Positions 56,201 to 64,000 of a stretch of 64,000 bases of DNA are shown in pieces; the first letter of the stretch is position 1, and every line of letters starts with the position of its first letter. The stretch spans positions 14,694,001-14,758,000 of the forward strand of contig OZ059897.1 of the NCBI GenBank assembly GCA_964057225.1, read 5' to 3'. The position numbers and the translations under genes are program-made. This DNA is from Auanema rhodensis. Taxonomy: Eukaryota > Animalia > Nematoda. Under the pieces are notes generated by a model. It was not told where the DNA came from and searched no databases. It saw only the letters and a list, made by a program, of their open reading frames with translations.

Positions 56201-57788
56201 ATTGAAATTGAAAGTAATAAATCGATAGTTCAAGAAGAAATATAATACTTACCCTTCTTGTGATAGACCATACGCAACTCGCGAAGAAACATCCAGCGAA
56301 GGAGGTGTGTTCACTACAGATCGGGTGATGCACAGAGTATTTTCCAAACATAAAATGAAAGCTATATAAGGAAAAATTTCAGCACTCCAAAGTGTGGGCA
56401 TCATTTCCAAATGAGCACATATACCTACGAAAATACGATCTCAGACTTAACGTTGTGTACACAAACCTGTTGTCATCAGTAATGTAGCAGCAACATTAAA
56501 TCCAGCAGCAAGTGCTAATCCCCATTTAGAAGTGACCATCTCGAATTTACTTGCAGAATAGTATAAGTAAATCTTTAAAAATATATTAACTATATATGTT
56601 GCAAGAGAGAATCTAAGATGTACCATAAATATGAGATATGTCATAGTAATAGGAAAGTAGTCAACAAAGTATTTTCTTCGCCGATAGAATACATGCACAA
56701 ACGTATCTTCATCGCTCTCCCGTGAAACTTCCAAAGTGAAAATTTGGGTATCTGAAAGAATTGAAAAAGTTCATTTTGACCGGATCAAAAACTGAAGAAG
56801 AAAACTAAATGCCAGTGATCAATACATTTAAAAATAATAAAACATTATGATGCTAGTTTTACGTAAGAATTTGAAGTAGTCATGTGGTCAAACAATTTAC
56901 CGTTAAGCTCCTTTTTCAAGGCACTGCGTGAGCTTGACTTATATTCAGCTAGAAACAAAGTTATGGAGAAGTCAATTGCTGAAAATATTTGCTAAGTAAA
57001 TTGCAATGAAAAATTGAGAAATTACATCGCTTTCGATTTGTTTGATAAGAAGGTTTGATACCCGTCATACCAGTAGGCATGCCTAAGAGAATATCTCGAA
57101 CACACATCGAAGGAGTACAAATAGGGGAGAAAATAGTTCGAAGAACATCTTTATCCTGTTTGAAACGCTCGAAATTTTCCCATAATAGTGTTGGGGAAAG
57201 AACTAAACATCCCTTATGCGGAAAATATGCATTAGAATGTGGTCTGGATATGTGAAAACATGAAGAATCAATATTCCGATTATTGAGCAATAAATCACGA
57301 ATCAAGAAAGCTCGGGACAGTGGTCCTCGAACAGCCTATTTTTAGAGTTAATTTGCATATAACATGTACTAAAACCTGTTCGGCTGTTAAATTTAGTGAG
57401 TTCCATGGTTCAACCATACCACGAACAATAATCTGTTGAAGAAACACAGCGGGAGGAGTCTTAAGCCAATCCGGAGCGGATTCTGCTATAAATAGGTCTA
57501 ATTGAAAAAGAATAAAATATGAAACACATACAGTTTCTTAGTGACTGCTCATTAGTCCAATGAACATCGATAGGACTTGATATGGGCAACTGAAACCGTA
57601 CAACTGCCGGATATGATAACACCAACATTGTAAGTATTGATATCACAAGACAAGCTATTGGATGAGCTGAACAAAGTCTGTAAGGTAATTGCATTTTGAA
57701 ATATCTTGAATATTCGCCTGATGAATTACCTTCCATAATCATGATAGGCTTGTGCAACTCGATCTCGTAATGTGACCGATTTCACCAT
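53254..57788 (-). CDS. scp-1: SREBP cleavage-activating protein (sterol-sensing domain + WD40)
   Basis: MVKSVTLRDRVAQAYHDYGRLCSAHP; GCLVLSPTLLW; SSD YLYYSASKFEMVTSKWGLALAA, EIFPY...LENTLCITRSVVNTP, IQEFCFYAAIGLVVDFYMQ; loop WPAMFNEYNISLSGHYITFLP; WD40 QGHRFPIEC. Confidence 0.93.
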
Positions 57789-57976
57789 CTGTTCATAACT
57801 AATCCATTTTATGTTATAAGCTTTTCAAAAGCATAAAGTAGCGATAACACTAATATAATGAGTAAAAATCGTTATTTAAAATTGTCAACAATTTATCTGG
57901 ATCCATGAAAATAACAGAAATTAGGAAACAAGACACCATAAAAGAAAACAAGAAATCCGAAGATACTTTACGAAAT

Positions 57977-59100
57977 TCAAAGATTAACCATCCGCTCGTG
58001 AACATTAAGCTGTGTTTTTGTCAAGTTAGCAAGATAAGCAACCATCATATAATCCTGAAAATGGATATTGTAAAAAAAGATGAATAAACTAAATGTAATC
58101 TCACCCTTAAACTATTCTTGACCAAGTTATCAAGTTTTTCTGGTTGCATGTTGAAAGCAGCAGTATTAACAATATCCATCAACTGCCTACCCATAGTAGC
58201 ATCGGCTGGCAGCTCATCACGGTTGAGAACCTCGTTTACATATCTGAACAAATATGTTAACTTTATACAAGGTAATACGACATACTCAAGAAGCTTCTCA
58301 AGCCATTCAATAATTTGTCCAGTGCTTCTCTCTAATTGCTCTAAACCATTTTCCATAGTAGCTTCTCTTCTTCTAGAATCAAGAGCATTCTAGAATAATA
58401 ATTAAGTTTATCAGATTATATAAAGCGAAATATGCCTGAATAAGTTGCATAGCAACACACTCTCCGGGGAAAGCATCAAGTTCAACTCTAAGGGGGTTGA
58501 AAATAGCGCAATGTGGGTCTGGACTTCCGGGAATACCAGCCTTGGATCTTAATTGAACATCATTTTATAAATATTAAACTAATCCTCAAATACCTGAGAT
58601 AAGCGCGAACTGGCATTCTGTACTTATCTTCTCCTTCAGCTGAGAAAGTGGTATCAAGAGTTAAAAGAACAAGAGGTGGCATTTCCTTTCTAGCAGATAC
58701 CTCCATGATAACTCTATTGTAATAATCATGATAAACGAGGCAGTTAGCCGATAAATCAGAAGAAGTATAGAACCATCCAACAGGTTGCTCAGTTGGAGAA
58801 GCTCTTTTAAGCATTTGAATCATTTGCTGATTGAATTGATCATCCAACTCAAGATCATCACGAGACTCATTGAAAGGAATAGCAAAGCAGTTCGTAACCT
58901 TAAAGTATATAATTACAACACCATTATCAGCGTAAAACTCATACTTGAATAGCACCCTTCTCATAAAAGCCCATCAGAGTACCTAAGGCTTTGTCATTAG
59001 CCTGTTGCCCAGCCTTGGTTGGACGAGACCTGCGTAGGTAAGAGTCCACAATGGTCATGTAGACGACAGGGTGGACATTAACGGTCAGGTTCGATGCCAT
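57977..59100 (-). CDS. eif-3.F: Eukaryotic translation initiation factor 3 subunit F (MPN domain)
   Basis: MASNLTVNVHPVVYMTIVDSY, GTLMG, VTNCFAIPFNES, PVGWFYTS, ending DYMMVAYLANLTKTQL. One intron (58435-58390) is GC-AG. Confidence 0.94.
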
Positions 59101-59314
59101 CTGAATAATTGCACATATTTAAAACATAAAAAGCTTCAATAAGATAAAAACTTGGTATAAACCAAATAAGACAATATAAATAAATCTAGAAAATAAATAT
59201 ATTTACATGATACTTATAATACAAAAAAGTATATATATATATTTGTTACTCAATTTGACTGATATAGTTTTAGTAAACCGAAGGAATGGATAGTATGAAT
59301 TTGTATGATAATCA

Positions 59315-60235
59315 TTAATCACGACGACGTCTGAGTCCTTCCGTTACTTCAGGTTGGAAGCCGTATGCAGGAGGAGCAGTTGATTGACCAGCAACCCTTA
59401 GCTCATCAGTAGGTAGAGGAGCATGTTCAGCACCAATACCTGATATTTAATAAATGACAAAGTGTACTAAAAAAATAAATACCTGGGTAAGGTGGAGGAG
59501 CTTCATGTACAAACACGTTATTGGGATTTGGCCGCTCTGGGAATGATCCCGGAGCTTGGAAATTGGCTGAAAGTGGTAAAATCAGTAAAGATTCAGTTTA
59601 TAAAACGTACAATTGTTTGTGGTATAATAGTCAGGTGGAGCAGCATAGAAGTCACCGGCTGGTGGGAAATATGTTGGAGGAGCGTTTGTAGGACGAGCAC
59701 TAAAACATTGTCCGTTTTATAAGCAGAAGTTATAAAACTTACTTGGAAGCTCTATCAACAGCTGATAACAGAGCATAACCAAAGTCAATACATCCTCCTT
59801 TGGTGAAGACTAACTCGAAAGGAACTTCGCAACGAAGATTAGATCCAGGCGTTGGAGTAGCTATTCCGGATAAGTAGTTAGCACCTATAGAAATTACAAA
59901 TTTACAGAAAAATTTGTACGGGGTACCGAAAATAGGTTGTTGAAGTTGAACATGACGCATGCAACTGAATGGCATTTCAAAGGATTTCATCCAATGGTTA
60001 GAAATGTTCGGCATGAAAATAATTCGATGTGAGGTGAGATATACAGTTCCAGAGCGTTTTCCTTTCAAATCCTAAGAACAGAAAAATTATTAAATATTAG
60101 CAAAGAAACAAGGCATACCACATTTTCACTTTTTCCAAACGTCATGTTTACACCTTGAGAGAAAATAATAATAACTTCACCATTGAAAATAAGTACTCCA
60201 CGTCCATCAGGAGTGTTAGCAGTATTCACAGACAT
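59315..60235 (-). CDS. wbp-2: WW domain-binding protein 2 (GRAM domain + PPxY motifs)
   Basis: MSVNTANTPDGRGVLIFNGE, GTVYLTSHRIIF, LQQPIFGANY, FTKGGCIDFG, followed by PPTY, PPDY, PPPY and PPAY motifs. Confidence 0.92.
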
Positions 60236-60452
60236 CTTCAACAAAAAATATATAATGATATAATGATTATACGATCATCAATGAGATACAATGTTCGATT
60301 GAACGAATAAATAAATTTGATCAATTGTAGACGTTTCAATTTTTTTTACAAATGAAACTGAATAAAAGTAAAGACACCAGAAAGCGGATACCTATTTACA
60401 ACATAACTATTATAACAGACTAGAGGCAAATGTATTATAAACCTAGGTTTTT

Positions 60453-64000
<3,548 letters not shown>

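Overview
This is AT-rich eukaryotic genomic DNA from a rhabditid-like nematode. Genes are split by many short (mostly ~40-70 nt) GT-AG introns, and many start codons sit directly behind TTTCAG-like trans-splice acceptors, so the ORF track shows only exon fragments. Spliced by hand, the window holds, in order: a partial secreted prepro-peptide gene (-); dmd-5 (-) with an intronic tRNA-Leu(TAA); a ~12.7-kb gene-free regulatory region; a MADF/BESS-like transcription factor (+); GPCPD1 (+); a serpentine chemoreceptor (+); a divergent cyclin (+); a cuticle collagen with a ~385-aa Ala/Pro/Tyr repeat tail (+); a patched-related gene (-); an astacin-EGF-CUB protease (+); the Y-box gene cey-1 (+); and a five-gene probable operon eat-3/wbp-2/eif-3.F/scp-1/ttll-12 (-). 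The most notable observations are: a non-canonical GA donor (or in-frame UGA) in the astacin catalytic domain; the MRAIL-less cyclin with a CDE-CHR element; a strong CCGG/TCCG motif enrichment upstream of the MADF gene; a candidate amphipathic secreted peptide; and a collagen-ptr-astacin trio each with a Grainyhead-like site. No mobile elements or CRISPR arrays were seen. Gene models and motif counts were made by eye, and orthology calls rest on recalled family motifs, not on searches.
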